The notes: generated from the sequence alone by a model not told the origin. A stretch of 59,778 nucleotides of DNA from Nemertoderma westbladi (GCA_032718475.1 JAUCBJ010007531.1:1-59778), one strand, 5' to 3'. Shown: positions 37,701-50,424, counted from the first letter of the stretch. A program made the numbers and translations.

Positions 37701-40700
37701 CATTATAGACGAACCATGCGATAATATTGGTTCCATTATAGACGAACCATGCGATATACTGGTTCCATTATAGACTAACCAATAACCATGCGATATATTG
37801 GTTCCATTATAGACGAACCATGCGATATACTGGTTCCTTTAGACGAACCATGCGATATACTGGTTCCATTATAGACGAACCATGCGATATATTGGTTCCA
37901 TTATAGACGAACCATGCGATATACTGGTTCCCGCGGCCATGGAAAAGGTGAGTTATAGACGAAACATGCGATATACTGGTTCCCGCGGCCATTGAGAAGG
38001 TGAGATAGACGAACCATACGATATACTGGTTCCATTATAGACGAACCATGCGATATACTGGTTCCTTTAGACGAACCACGCGATATACTGGTTCCTTTAT
38101 AGACGAACCATGCGATATACTGGTTCCATTATAGACGAACCATGCGATATATTGGTTCCATTATAGACGAACCATGCGATATACTGGTTCCTTTAGACGA
38201 ACCATGCGATATACTGGTTCCTTTAGAAGAACCATGCGATATACTGGTTCCGTTATAGACGAACCATGCGATATATTGGTTGCATTATAGAGAACCATGC
38301 GATATACTGGTTCCATTATAGACGAACCATGCGATATACTGGTTACATTATAGACGAACCATGCGATATACTGGTTCCCGCGGCCATGGAGTAGGTGAGT
38401 TATAGACGAACCATGCGATATATTGGTTCCATTATAGACGGACCATGCGATATACTGGTTCCGTTATAGACGAACCATGCCATATACTGGTTCACGCGGC
38501 CATGGAGAAGGTGAGTAGTTATAGACGAACCATGCGATATATTGGTTCCATTATAGACGAACCATGCGATATACTGGTTCCATTATAGACGAACCATGCG
38601 ATATACTGGTTCCTTTATAGACGAACCATGCGATATACTGGTTCCTTTATAGACGAACCATGCGATATACTGGTTCCATTATAGACGAACCATGCGATAT
38701 ACTGGTTCCTTTAGACGAACCATGCGATATACTGGTTCCTTTATAGACGAACCATGCGATATACTGGTTCCATTATAGACGAACCATGCGATATATTGGT
38801 TCCATTATAGACGAACCATGCGATATACTGGTTCCTTTATAGACGAACCATGCGATATACTGGTTCCATTATAGACGAACCATGCGATATATTGGTTCCA
38901 TTATAGACGAACCATGCGATATACTGGTTCCCGCGGCCATGGAAAAGGTGAGTTATAGACGAAACATGCGATATACTGGTTCCCGCGGCCATTGAGAAGG
39001 TGATATAGACGAACCATACGATATACTGGTTCCATTATAGACGAACCATGCGATATACTGGTTCCTTTAGACGAACCATGCGATATACTGGTTCCTTTAT
39101 TGACGAAACATGCGATACTGGTTTCATTATAGACGAACCATGCGATATATTGGTTCCATTATAGACGAACCATGCGATATACTGGTTCCTTTAGACGAAC
39201 CATGCGATATACTGGTTCCTTTATAGACGAACCATGCGATATACTGGTTCCATTATAGACGAACCATGCGATATACTGGTTACATTATAGACGAACCATG
39301 CGATATATTGGTTCCATTATAGACGAACCATGCGATATACTGGTTCCTTTAGACGAACCATGCGATATACTGGTTCCTTTATAGACGAACCATGCGATAT
39401 ACTGGTTCCATTATAGACGAACCATGCGATATACTGGTTACATTATAGACGAACCATGCGATATACTGGTTCCCGCGGCCATGGAAAAGGTGAGTTATAG
39501 ACGAAACATGCGATATACTGGTTCCCGCGGCCATTGAGAAGGTGAGTTATAGACGAACCATACGATATACTGGTTCCATTATACGAACCATGCGATATAC
39601 TGGTTCCCGCGGCCATGGAAAAGGTGAGTTATAGACGAACCATGACATATACTGGTTCCATTATAGACGAACCATGCGATATACTGGTTGCCGCGGCCAT
39701 TGAGAAGGTGAGTTATAGACGAACCATACGATATACTGGTTCCATTATACGAACCATGCGATATACTGGTTCCCGCGGCCATGGATAAGGTGAGTTATAG
39801 ACGAACCATGCGATATACTGGTTCCGTTATACGAACCATGCGATATACTGGTTCCCGCGGCCATGGAGAAGGTGAGTTATAGACGAACCATACGATATAC
39901 TGGTTCCATTATAGACGAACCATGCGATATACTGGTTCCCGCGGCCATGGAGAAGGTGAGTTATAGACGAACCATGCGATATACTGGTTGCCGCGGCCAT
40001 GGAGAAGGTGAGTTATAGACGAACCATGCGATATACTGGTTGCCGCGGCCATGGAGAAGGTGAGTTATAGACGAACCATGCGATATACTGGTTGCCGCGG
40101 CCATTGAGAAGGTGAGTTATAGACGAACCATACGATATACTGGTTCCATTATACGAACCATGCGATATACTGGTTCCCGCGGCCATGGAGAAGATGAGTT
40201 ATAGACGAACCATGACATATACTGGTTCCATTATAGACGAACCATGCGATATACTGGTTCCTTTATAGACGAACCATGCGATATACTGGTTCCCGCGGCC
40301 ATTGAGAAGGTGAGTTACAGACGAACCATACGATATACTGGTTCCGTTATACGAGCCATACGATATACTTGTTCCGTTATACGAACCATGCGATATACTG
40401 GTTCCGTTATAGACGAACCATGCGATATACTGGTTCCGTTATAGGCGAACCATGCGATATACTGGTTCCTTTATAGACGAACCATGCGATATACTGGTTC
40501 CTTTATAGACGAACCATGCGATATACTGGTTCCTTTATAGACGAACCATGCGATATACTGGTTCCTTTATAGACGAACCATACGATATACTGGTTCCGTT
40601 ATACGAACCATACGATATACTTGTTCCGTTATACGAACCATGCGATATACTGGTTCCGTTATAGACGAACCATGCGATATACTGGTTCCGTTATAGGCGA

Positions 40701-42084
40701 ACCATGCGATATACTGGTTCCTTTTTAGACGAACCATACGATATACTGGTTCCGTTATACGAACCATACGATATACTTGTTCCGTTATACGAACCATGCG
40801 ATATACTGCTTCCGTTATAGACGAACCATGCGATATACTGGTTCCTTTATAGACGAACCATGCGATATACTGGTTCCGTTATAGACGAACCATGCGATAT
40901 ACTGGTTCCGTTATAGGCGAACCATGCGATATACTGGTTCCTTTATAGACGAACCATGCGATATACTGGTTCCTTTATAGACGAACCATGCGATATACTG
41001 GTTCCTTTATAGACGAACCATGCGATATACTGGTTCCTTTATAGACGAACCATGCGATATACTGGTTCCGTTATAGACGAACCATGCGATATACTGGTTC
41101 CTTTATAGACGAACCATGCGATATACTGGTTCCGTTATAGGCGAACCATGCGATATACTGGTTCCTTTATAGACGAACCATGCGATATACTGGTTCCTTT
41201 ATAGACGAACCATGCGATATACTGGTTCCTTTATAGACGAACCATGCGATATACTGGTTCCTTTATATACGAACCATGCGATATACTGGTTCCGTTATAG
41301 ACGAACCATGCGATATACTGGTTCCGTTATAGGCGAACCATGCGATATACTGGTTCCTTTATAGACGAACCATGCGATATACTGGTTCCTTTATAGACGA
41401 ACCATGCGATATACTGGTTCCTTTATAGACGAACCATGCGATATACTGGTTCCGTTATAGACGAACCATGCGATATACTGGTTCCGTTATAGGCGAACCA
41501 TGCGATGTACTGGTTCCTTTATAGACGAACCATGCGATATACTGGTTCCTTTATAGACGAATCATGCGATATACTTGTTCCGTTATACGAACCATGCGAT
41601 ATACTGGTTCCGTTATAGACGAACCATGCGATATACTGGTTCCTTTATAGACGAACCATGCGATATACTGGTTCCTTTATAGACGAACCATGCGATATAC
41701 TGGTTCCGTTATAGACGAACCATGCGATATACTGGTTCCGTTATAGGCGAACCATGCGATATACTGGTTCCTTTATAGACGAACCATGCGATATACTGGT
41801 TCCTTTATAGACGAACCATGCGATATACTGGTTCCTTTATAGACGAACCATGCGATATACTGGTTCCGTTATAGACGAACCATGCGATATACTGGTTCCG
41901 TTATAGGCGAACCATGCGATGTACTGGTTCCTTTATAGACGAACCATGCGATATACTGGTTCCTTTATAGACGAACCATGCGATATACTGGTTCCTTTAT
42001 AGACGAACCATGCGATATACTGGTTCCGTTATAGACGAACCATGCGATATACTGGTTCCGTTATAGACGAACCATGATGGTTCC
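34731..42084. repeat. 32/52-bp satellite, right part, GDH intron 4
   Basis: The same unit resumes exactly after the TSD. Confidence 0.97.
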
Positions 42085-42810
42085 AGAATACCTTCAGACA
42101 TTTAGCTATCTTGCGGAGGAGAGTAAAATTTAAGAACTCTGCCTGTTTATAAACTGTTGAACCTTTTTCATATACCAGTCCTACCAAATTTTAATTTAAG
42201 AGAGCGGAGTGGAGATTTACAGATAAACTTTCAATTTTTTATTCAGACCGACACTATTAACCTCGTATATTAATTGCACTGGAACTGCAATGAACTGTGT
42301 AAATTAAAGGATTTTATACAACTGCCATTGGAGTTGCCGCTTATCTCAATGTGAGTTGATTCATATTACAGACACTCAACCTAGGCCATGTGTTCAGGTT
42401 CACACTGTGATTTTGAATTCAAGTATGAAATAACCCTCGACAAAGAAGTGGGGTAAAATCTGGACTAGCGAAATGGAGTTCTATAATACCAAAACTGGTA
42501 AAATATATAATTTGCATAGCAATATTGGGCTTGTGTCGATATTATAATAATATTCACTTGGGTTTGTTTGTATTTCATTTTCCTATCTATTCATACTGAC
42601 AAGGCAATTACGATGTTATCAGTAACTTATTCTTTGTCTATTTGTGTCGATGTTTGTCTATCATTTAGTTCGGTAAAATAATACATTTTATTCATCTTAT
42701 TGAGTTGAATGACATATTGGAATTAACGAACATCGAATTATTAAGAGTTTGTGAGTTCGAATACTCAGATACACACTGATTATTATTTGACTTTCCGCGC
42801 AAAAATAAAA

Positions 42811-43559
42811 TTTGAATTGTATGCCCTTAACAACCAATAGTTTGGCCCTTAACAACCAATAGTTTGGCCATTAACAACCAATAGTTTGGCCCTTAACAAC
42901 CAATAGTTTGGCCCTTAACAACCAATAGTTTGGCCCTTACCAACCAATAGTTTGATTTGTATGCCATTAACGACCAATAGTTTGGCCCTTAATAACCAAT
43001 AGTTTGGCCCTTAACAACCAATAGTTTGGCCCTTAACAACCAATAGTTTGGCCCTTAACAACCAATAGTTTGGCCCTTAACAACCAATAGTTTGGCCCTT
43101 AACAACCAATAGTTTGGCCATTAACAACCAATAGTTTGATTTGTATGCCATTAACAACCAATAGTTTGGCCCTTAACAACCAATAGTTTGGCCCTTAACA
43201 ACCAATAGTTTGGCCCTTAACAACCAATAGTTTGGCCCTTAACAACCAATAGTTTGGCCCTTAACAACCAATAGTTTGGCCCTTAACAACCAATAGTTTG
43301 GCCATTAACAACCAATAGTTTGATTTGTATGCCATTAACAACCAATAGTTTGGCCCTTAACAACCAATAGTTTGGCCCTTAACAACCAATAGTTTGGCCC
43401 TTAACAACCAATAGTTTGGCCATTAACAACCAATAGTTTGGCCTTTAACAACCAATAGTTTGGCCCTTAACAACCAATAGTTTGGCCCTTAACAACCAAT
43501 AGTTTGGCCTTTAACAACCAATAGTTTGGCCCTTAACAACCAATAGTTTGGCCCTTAAC
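42811..43559. repeat. 22-bp minisatellite CCCTTAACAACCAATAGTTTGG
   Basis: Tandem array of about 30 units with a recurring TTTGATTTGTATGCCA variant. Confidence 0.96.
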
Positions 43560-43723
43560 CCTTTAGTTTTAGAGGTGTTAAATATATTCATTTTTTGATG
43601 TGTGTGTGTCATATAGAACTGAAAACAACACGAACATTTACACATTTTTTAGGTTTCCATTGTTTTTTATCTCTATTACCGATGAACTTTTTTTCGTTAA
43701 TAATAATATTCTAATAAATCTAA

Positions 43724-44022
43724 AGGCCCGTTTCCGCGCTGCTTTTTTATGAGCATGTATTCTGAGCTTTTTTTCAAGCTTGTTAGTTATGCCTTTTATA
43801 ACGTTCAGTTACAATTAAGATATAATATGAATGTTCTAGAATTATGATATTCGACCCTGCTTTTTTGGGGTTTTTTTCTAGTTTTTTTGGAGCTTTATTT
43901 GATATTTTAGGTTTTAACATTCCAAATTTCTCAGATTTATCTTGAACCAATGTATTTCAAGAAATTGTTTTAACTAAAAGAAGGTGAAATAAAGCTCAAA
44001 AAAGCAGCACGGAAACGGGCCT
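43724..44022. mobile_element. Tourist/Harbinger-like MITE (299 bp)
   Basis: TIR AGGCCCGTTTCCG(C/T)GCTGCTTTTTT; TAA TSD on both sides (43721-43723, 44023-44025). Confidence 0.85.
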
Positions 44023-44176
44023 TAACCCGCATTTAGGATAAGTATTTATCCATCAATTATTTGTTTTTTGCCACTATTTAACTATTTAACTTCCACGAAA
44101 TTATTTACTAGCTATTTATTTTATATTCATCGGCAAATCAATATTTGGCCTAAATGTTAAATTATCAATAATTTAT

Positions 44177-44323
44177 GGAAAGGAGCAGGTTACAGTGGCA
44201 CATTATTCTAACCTAAATAAGAAACTAAACACAATAGAACAGGTTACAGTTTTATTTTTGACAGCAATCAGCTGTTAATCAGCTGTTATTTGTGTCGATT
44301 TTACACTGGAGAGGGATGAATAT
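44177..44323 (+). repeat. Transposon-end-like repeat, inverted partner of 45766-45902
   Basis: GGAAAGGAGCAGGTTACAGTGGCAC...AATAGAACAGGTTACAGTTTTATTTTTGA; the same end motif also occurs near 5608, 6153 and 19060. Confidence 0.75.
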
Positions 44324-44637
44324 CCGGCCGGATATTATAAATTACTAAACAAGATAAAAAGTCGCTTGTAATTTGAGCTTTATGACTAGAGTTTATGTAT
44401 CACCGTTTAGAATTTCCTATATAAATTCTTTACTATTTTTATAATCATATAATTATTGATTAATTAATTAATGACAACAATATATTTTTTGCTTTTTCGA
44501 AAAAAATTAATATATTTAGACTTATTTCTTCTTACCGGCTATTTACATCATGATAAAAGTAGAATAAATTATACGGCGATTCCGGACACCGGATGTCCGG
44601 TACACCCCTAACCCATTATTATTTTATTCCCGTAAAG

Positions 44638-45147
44638 GTAATCCACAGGGGCAATGCGGATCGAATTCAGTGCAAAATCATCGGAGAGGCGGCGAACGGG
44701 CCGGTAACCTGCGAGGCAGATCGGTTACTCCGCGAGCGAAACATCCTGATAATCCCGGATCTATACCTCAATGCCGGGGGCGTCACTGTCAGCTACTTCG
44801 AGTGGCTTAAAAACTTAAACCACGTGAGTTACGGCAGGTTGACCTTCAAGTACGAGAGAGATTCCAACTTGCATTTATTCGAGAGCGTTCAACAGAGTTT
44901 GGAGGCGGCGTTGGGTCGTTCTGTCCCGATAACTCCGTCTCCGGCGTACAACGAGCGGATTAGCGGCGCCTCCGAGAAGGATATTGTCCATTCCGGTCTC
45001 GCCTACACGATGGAGCGTTCGGCTAAGCTGATCGCGGCCACGGCGGCCCAGTACGATCTCGGGTTGGATCTACGGACCGCGACATTCATTGTTAGTCTCG
45101 ATAAAGTCTATAATGTTTACTCCAGTGCTGGTCTCACCTTCAGTTGA
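44638..45147 (+). CDS. GLUD1: Glutamate dehydrogenase exon 5 (terminal)
   Basis: [40 protein letters not shown], antenna region and [12 protein letters not shown]; acceptor TAAAG. The spliced CDS is 1665 nt (554 aa plus stop) with no frameshift. Confidence 0.97.
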   Translation, partial: VIHRGNADRIQCKIIGEAANGPVTCEADRLLRERNILIIPDLYLNAGGVTVSYFEWLKNLNHVSYGRLTFKYERDSNLHLFESVQQSLEAALGRSVPITPSPAYNERISGASEKDIVHSGLAYTMERSAKLIAATAAQYDLGLDLRTATFIVSLDKVYNVYSSAGLTFS

Positions 45148-45336
45148 TAATGTTCTAGAACTCGTTTTTATGGTGACACGAATTAGTCTGCGTTTTCTGT
45201 TGCTCTAATAATTATCTTCTAACATAATTACTTTCTGTTTTATTTTGTAAATGAAACAACACTTTCAAATCACAAATTCCCTGATCTAAGTCTTTCTTAT
45301 TTTATTTACCGGTAAATATAAAAAAGTATCATATAA

Positions 45337-45493
45337 AATAAAATATGAAGTTTTGTTTATAGATGGTATTTATTCATAGAAATACATCGGTAGTAGAAAA
45401 CAAATAAATTGTTCTATAAGAAGATGCGTAAAGTTCGCTATTTAATTGTGATTCTACTTCCGTTTGATATTTTATTTAAAACTCTTTAATAAA
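45337..45493 (+). promoter_or_regulatory. Candidate GDH polyadenylation signals
   Basis: AATAAA at 45337 and 45488, downstream of the stop. The AT-rich context makes this weak. Confidence 0.35.
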
Positions 45494-45765
45494 TAATATT
45501 TGATGAAATTATAATTGATTATTTTGTGTTTGAAAATCTTATTAATAAATTTGTTTGTTATTCAATGTCAACTAATTATTCTAATAAGTAAAATATACTC
45601 GTGGCGAGGCGATGGCTTTCTTTCTGGAATGGCTTCATTATTGTGGGGCGAGCCACGAAAGTAAGCGAGTCTGTCAGGCGGGTTTCACTATCACAACTGG
45701 AGCTGTTGAACAACATATTCACAGATAGGGGGGGGGGGGGGGGGGGGGGGGGACTGGATGCAATA

Positions 45766-45902
45766 AAAATTCATCCCCCTCCAGGAGAAATTGGACGCAA
45801 ATAACAGTTGGTTTCTCTCAAAAATAAAACTGTAACCTGTTCTATTATGTTTAGTTTATTGTTTTGGTTAAAATAACGTGCCACTGTAACCTGCTCCTTT
45901 CC
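45766..45902 (-). repeat. Transposon-end-like repeat, inverted partner of 44177-44323
   Basis: TCAAAAATAAAACTGTAACCTGTTCTATT...GTGCCACTGTAACCTGCTCCTTTCC. Confidence 0.75.
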
Positions 45903-46271
45903 CTAAATTGAGAATTTATCATTGAGGCGGGATATTAATTCGCCAAGGCGGGTTCTGCGTCGAGTCTCCCCCCCCCCCCCCCCCCCCCTGTCTCCATATT
46001 CAAGTAGTGAAACGACAATTGCATATATTTCTGAGTCACATATTTATAAAACAAGAGTGTGTAAGCCCTTTCTAATGCTGAGCCTCGAAATAGAGGTTGC
46101 TAGGCAATGATCAAAACAATCAGATTATTACTGATTTACTGTACGCAGTTTACTATACTGTACGTATTCTTAAATAAATACTTGTAGGCCTACTTCTGGC
46201 ATATTTATTTGTGGAAAACATTAAAGTTCTACAATAATAATAATTATTATACATTTATAGAAATTAATAGT

Positions 46272-46745
46272 TTAGTTTTCTTGCACCATAGAACTGATTT
46301 GCCAGCCACTCATACCAGACTCGTATCTAAACCCCAACCCCCGCCAGGAGTGACGGCCACCCCAGAGGCGGAGGGAATTGGACTGGGGAAGTGCGAGCAG
46401 CCGCCGGGGCCGGCGAACACCCCCCAGCACGCACGCGAGACCTCTCTCATGCATACTGCCCCGTCTTGACACGAGTGTCTCAACGAGATGCCGTATAATA
46501 ATCTGGGCCTCGGTACACCAGACACCATCGGTGGTGCCGACCAGAAGGGTGAACGTCATCCTCCGCTCCTCGCAGACTGTTCGGTAGTGCAGCTTCATCT
46601 GTAGGCAGCGCTGCTCGATGATGGACTCTGTGGATCGGTTGGTCTGGGTGTAAGAGTTGTCGTCTGCGTTTATTATCGCGATATCGAACGATGCCACTCT
46701 CTTGTTCGCCAACTCCCTGTCCAGGTAACCCCAGGACTGGGTCAC
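46272..46745 (-). mobile_element. CRE-like non-LTR retrotransposon fragment (restriction-like endonuclease region)
   Basis: ASFDIAIINADDNSY...HYRTVCEERRMTFTLLVGTTDG...EA matches the FD...N.D..SY / CE.R..TF..LV..TDG pattern of CRE-clade RLE domains. Confidence 0.7.
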
Positions 46746-47194
46746 ATCCCGTTCAAAACGGTCGATGCCTCGAACGCATAGTTAGTTGGTCTTAAAAATG
46801 GTCTATGTAAGGTTATAGTCAGTTGTCCATGGCAATATATTCCTACGTGTGGTTGCCAGATAAATAGATCTGTTATGACCTCGTCTTAACTTGTCCAGCA
46901 GTGCCCACTGAATCGTAATTTTCGTTCACCGAGGGTAGTTTTGATACAGGTGGTGGTTATTGTAACATCGCCAAGCTCGGTGTTTGTCTCCTGTTGTCTG
47001 CAAAATAATGGTGTTTTGTGCTGCCCTTAATGGTCTTGGGTAACAACTTGTGTGACTTTGAATGGAGTCGAACGTATATTTGAAGTCCACAGAGCTAGAG
47101 GTCAGAACTGCAGGAACGTTCTTTGAATAATTTCACTTTAATACATTTGTGCCAACACCATATAATGCAGCATTCAGAAAGTTGTGTGCCGGCT

Positions 47195-47544
47195 TATTGT
47201 GCCGCCACAACTCCCTATCCCCAATAACTTTCTTTATCGGGATTATCAACATCTTCAAGGCCAGTTTCCATTAAGATGAGCCTCTACTACTGTACTACTA
47301 GTATCGGCATGCTGCATTGCAGCTGCATTTTTAAGAATGCTGTGCCGGCTTGTCGACAAAATTTCGCCGCCACAGCTCCCTATCACCCATGACATTTGCT
47401 AGATCACCTCCAATGTTATATAGTGTCTGGTTGGAGATGTGTGCATTGTACTTGACACAATGAACCCGGCGTAGCATTCTTGTGAATGTGCCATCCAGAG
47501 ATTTGTTGTCCTCAGCGCAGTTAGAGCCCAGCATGGAATCCCAT
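47195..47544 (-). mobile_element. RTE/RTE-X-like LINE fragment with internal deletion
   Basis: KSLDGTFTRMLRRV and DLANVMGDRELWRR are shared with the 53680-54460 copy. Confidence 0.8.
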
Positions 47545-49858
47545 GGTCAATTCCATAAGAAACTGAATTACACGGAATAAATTGATGTTTTCGGTATCAA
47601 TATCAAGGTTATCTATTACTGCATCAATTAAGCTATTACAAAGAGGTAGTGCATACTTGCTTAAATAAACTCTTGTAAATTTCACAAACGTCCGACACTT
47701 TTTTTCACAGTTTTCTTTCTATTTACACGGCCAATCAAATAGGGTTGGTTTTGTGGAAGTTATTGAAGTGCCGAACTGAAAGCCTCTGCTATTGGTTGTT
47801 GCTCTTGGCAACAGGCATGTACAGAAGCCCAGAATATGCACCTTTGTTTGACAAACGTCCGACACCTAAAATGTAACTGTAATGTGATTGGATGTAAAAC
47901 ATGATTAGATGGCTTTACCCGGCATTAAAATGTCACATACAACAATAGTTAATTCCAGCAAGTAGTAGCCAATTTGTTCCGGGGAAGGGCCAGGATCCGT
48001 AGTACATACCGTTTCGAGATTCCCACGTTTGAAGGTCTACCAAACTAATCTACTGAATCCATAGGGTAACCGGCAATGAACAACAATTTAATTATAAATC
48101 GATAAGCATGTCGAATAGTCGGTTGGTATTACCATCACTATTACTATTTGACTGTTTCGTTAGGCCAATGATTTGGCTTTCCTGATGGGTCATTGTTATA
48201 AATGTTGTCGCACTCAAGACTTAAGTAATGTTACCCCCTCCCCCCCTCCCTCCCCCATTCCTGTTATGATCCAATGTATATAATTGTATTATTACTCATT
48301 TCCCTCATTTTATAACATCATTGCTTATTATTACCGTCTCCATAACTTGCTCTTTTCCCCAAATTGGTAACATCTGCTTATTGTTTTGGAGAGAAAAATA
48401 ATAGTATGTTTTTGCTTATCAGTAATCTAGATTGAAACATTTTGAAATATTGTATGTGTTTGGTGGGTGGGGGAATGGGGGATGTTGGAATGAATGGATG
48501 ATGGGGAATGGGATAACAGGAATGGGGGTGGGGTGGGGGGGGGGGGGGGAATCGCTAAGTGCGACGGTGGGAGGGGGGTAACAGCACGGGACGATACTTC
48601 CATTGATTTATCCACATTAGTACAAATATAAGAATCTGGATAAGTATGTTATAATTGGAACGTCCGACACCATAATTCCGACACAAAACGTCCGACACCA
48701 TTTAATTTACAATCAAACTGCAAAAACTGTGCGTTAGATTGGTGATATTACAAAAGTTTGATATATATTAGTTAAACACATAGTTCCAGATAATTGTGGT
48801 TAACCATAATTTAACCATTTAGCACCACATAAAAAGTTTTCGAGAAATAAGTGATTAAAAAATGTACAGTTCGATAAACATGCCATAGTTTGAAAAGTTG
48901 TGAACGAAATTATTTTATTTTTCTACCCCCGTAAAGCAGAGATGTTGTTTAAGACAAAGCGAATATGAACCCTCGCATTAATTACCAACAAAGTACAAAT
49001 AAAAGAACCTGGATTAGTGGGCAAATCCAAACGTCCGACACCAAACGTCCGACACCAAACGTCCGACACCATTTCAATTCCAATCAAACTACAAAAACTG
49101 TATGTTAGATTTAGGATATTACAAAGGTTGGATTAATAATATGTAGCCAAATAGTTGCTGATCGCTGTGGTTAGCCAAAATTTGCAAAAGCTCACATCGG
49201 CACTGTTACACGAATGTTTTAATTTTTAGCCAAAAATTACTGTCCCAAAACTCAAACGTCCGACACCCACTTTTTAAACTCGAATTTCTAGAACTCTAGT
49301 AGTTTTCAGTGGACTCATTATGTGTTCTCATATAGAGCTTCGAATTTGGGGTAGTATAAGCATTACTCTGATTGACCTTGAATTAACGACTTCCTACAAA
49401 TAGTAAAAAACAACCGTTCACCCAGCAAGGAGGAGGGCTGTGAAACTATATCTCTGTTTCGAATTTCGTGCAATCTCAATAAGATTTGTAAAAAAATTTG
49501 TAGGATAATTTCCTTTACATAGAGCCAATAACAGTCGATTTATTTGTGGCCTTGTGAACGACACATAATAATCTCCCATATAATATGATGAATACGGATA
49601 CTAGGATTTCATTTTCGGTCGATATTTTATTAGTATTTGATGCATGGAGAATTTTTTTATATTTATCCTAATTTATAACAGTTATTTCTATATTAGCTCT
49701 ATATATGCTCTATATATTTGTGACGGCACAGTGGTCAGAGGGTTCAATGCTGGCTATAGGCTATACCTACTAACCATCTGTGCATTTATTGTCGATGTAA
49801 TAATCTTTTGCGTATACAATGTTATCAATTATATTTACATATTATTATTATGTGCCTT

Positions 49859-50117
49859 TCTATCCAAAATAATAAGCTTATAATATATATGTAATGGTTA
49901 AAATATAGAAATAACTTTTTTGACTGATTTTTTTTTATTATTTATTGCAAACTATTAATTGTTTGCAATAAATGAATTAAATTATAAAAATTAAAACTTT
50001 ATGTCATTATTTTATATAGTTAATTTGCAATAAATAATTAAAAAATCAGTCAAAAAAGTTATTTCTATATTTTAACCATTACATATACTGTATTATACGC
50101 TTATTATTTTGGATAGA
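49859..50117. mobile_element. AT-rich palindromic MITE-like element
   Basis: Inverted arms of about 95 bp (TCTATCCAAAATAATAAGC...TTATTTATTGCAAA and its reverse complement); no clear TSD. Confidence 0.65.
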
Positions 50118-50424
50118 TACAGCCCTCCTGTAACCTGGGTTTTTAGTTAAAAAGTGGCATTCTTCACATGGGGGGTAATAAAGTCCAAATTCAAATATTA
50201 CAGCAGATAGTCTAGTAAACTTCACATAGTTATATATTTAGGTATATATATATATAATAACAGTTGTAAACTCTGACAATTTATTTAAATTACAACATAA
50301 ATCATTTAATAACAATATATACTACAAATATATATATATCTTAATATATAATATCTTAATATTTATATCTTATATATAATATCTATATATATTTATCTAT
50401 AAACTACTAATTTATTTATATGTT

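Noticed and set aside
19351-42084. CRISPR-like array (palindromic repeats of about 32 bp)
   Set aside because: Units are head-to-tail with no unique spacers, there are no cas genes, the context is a eukaryotic intron, and the unit derives from the exon.
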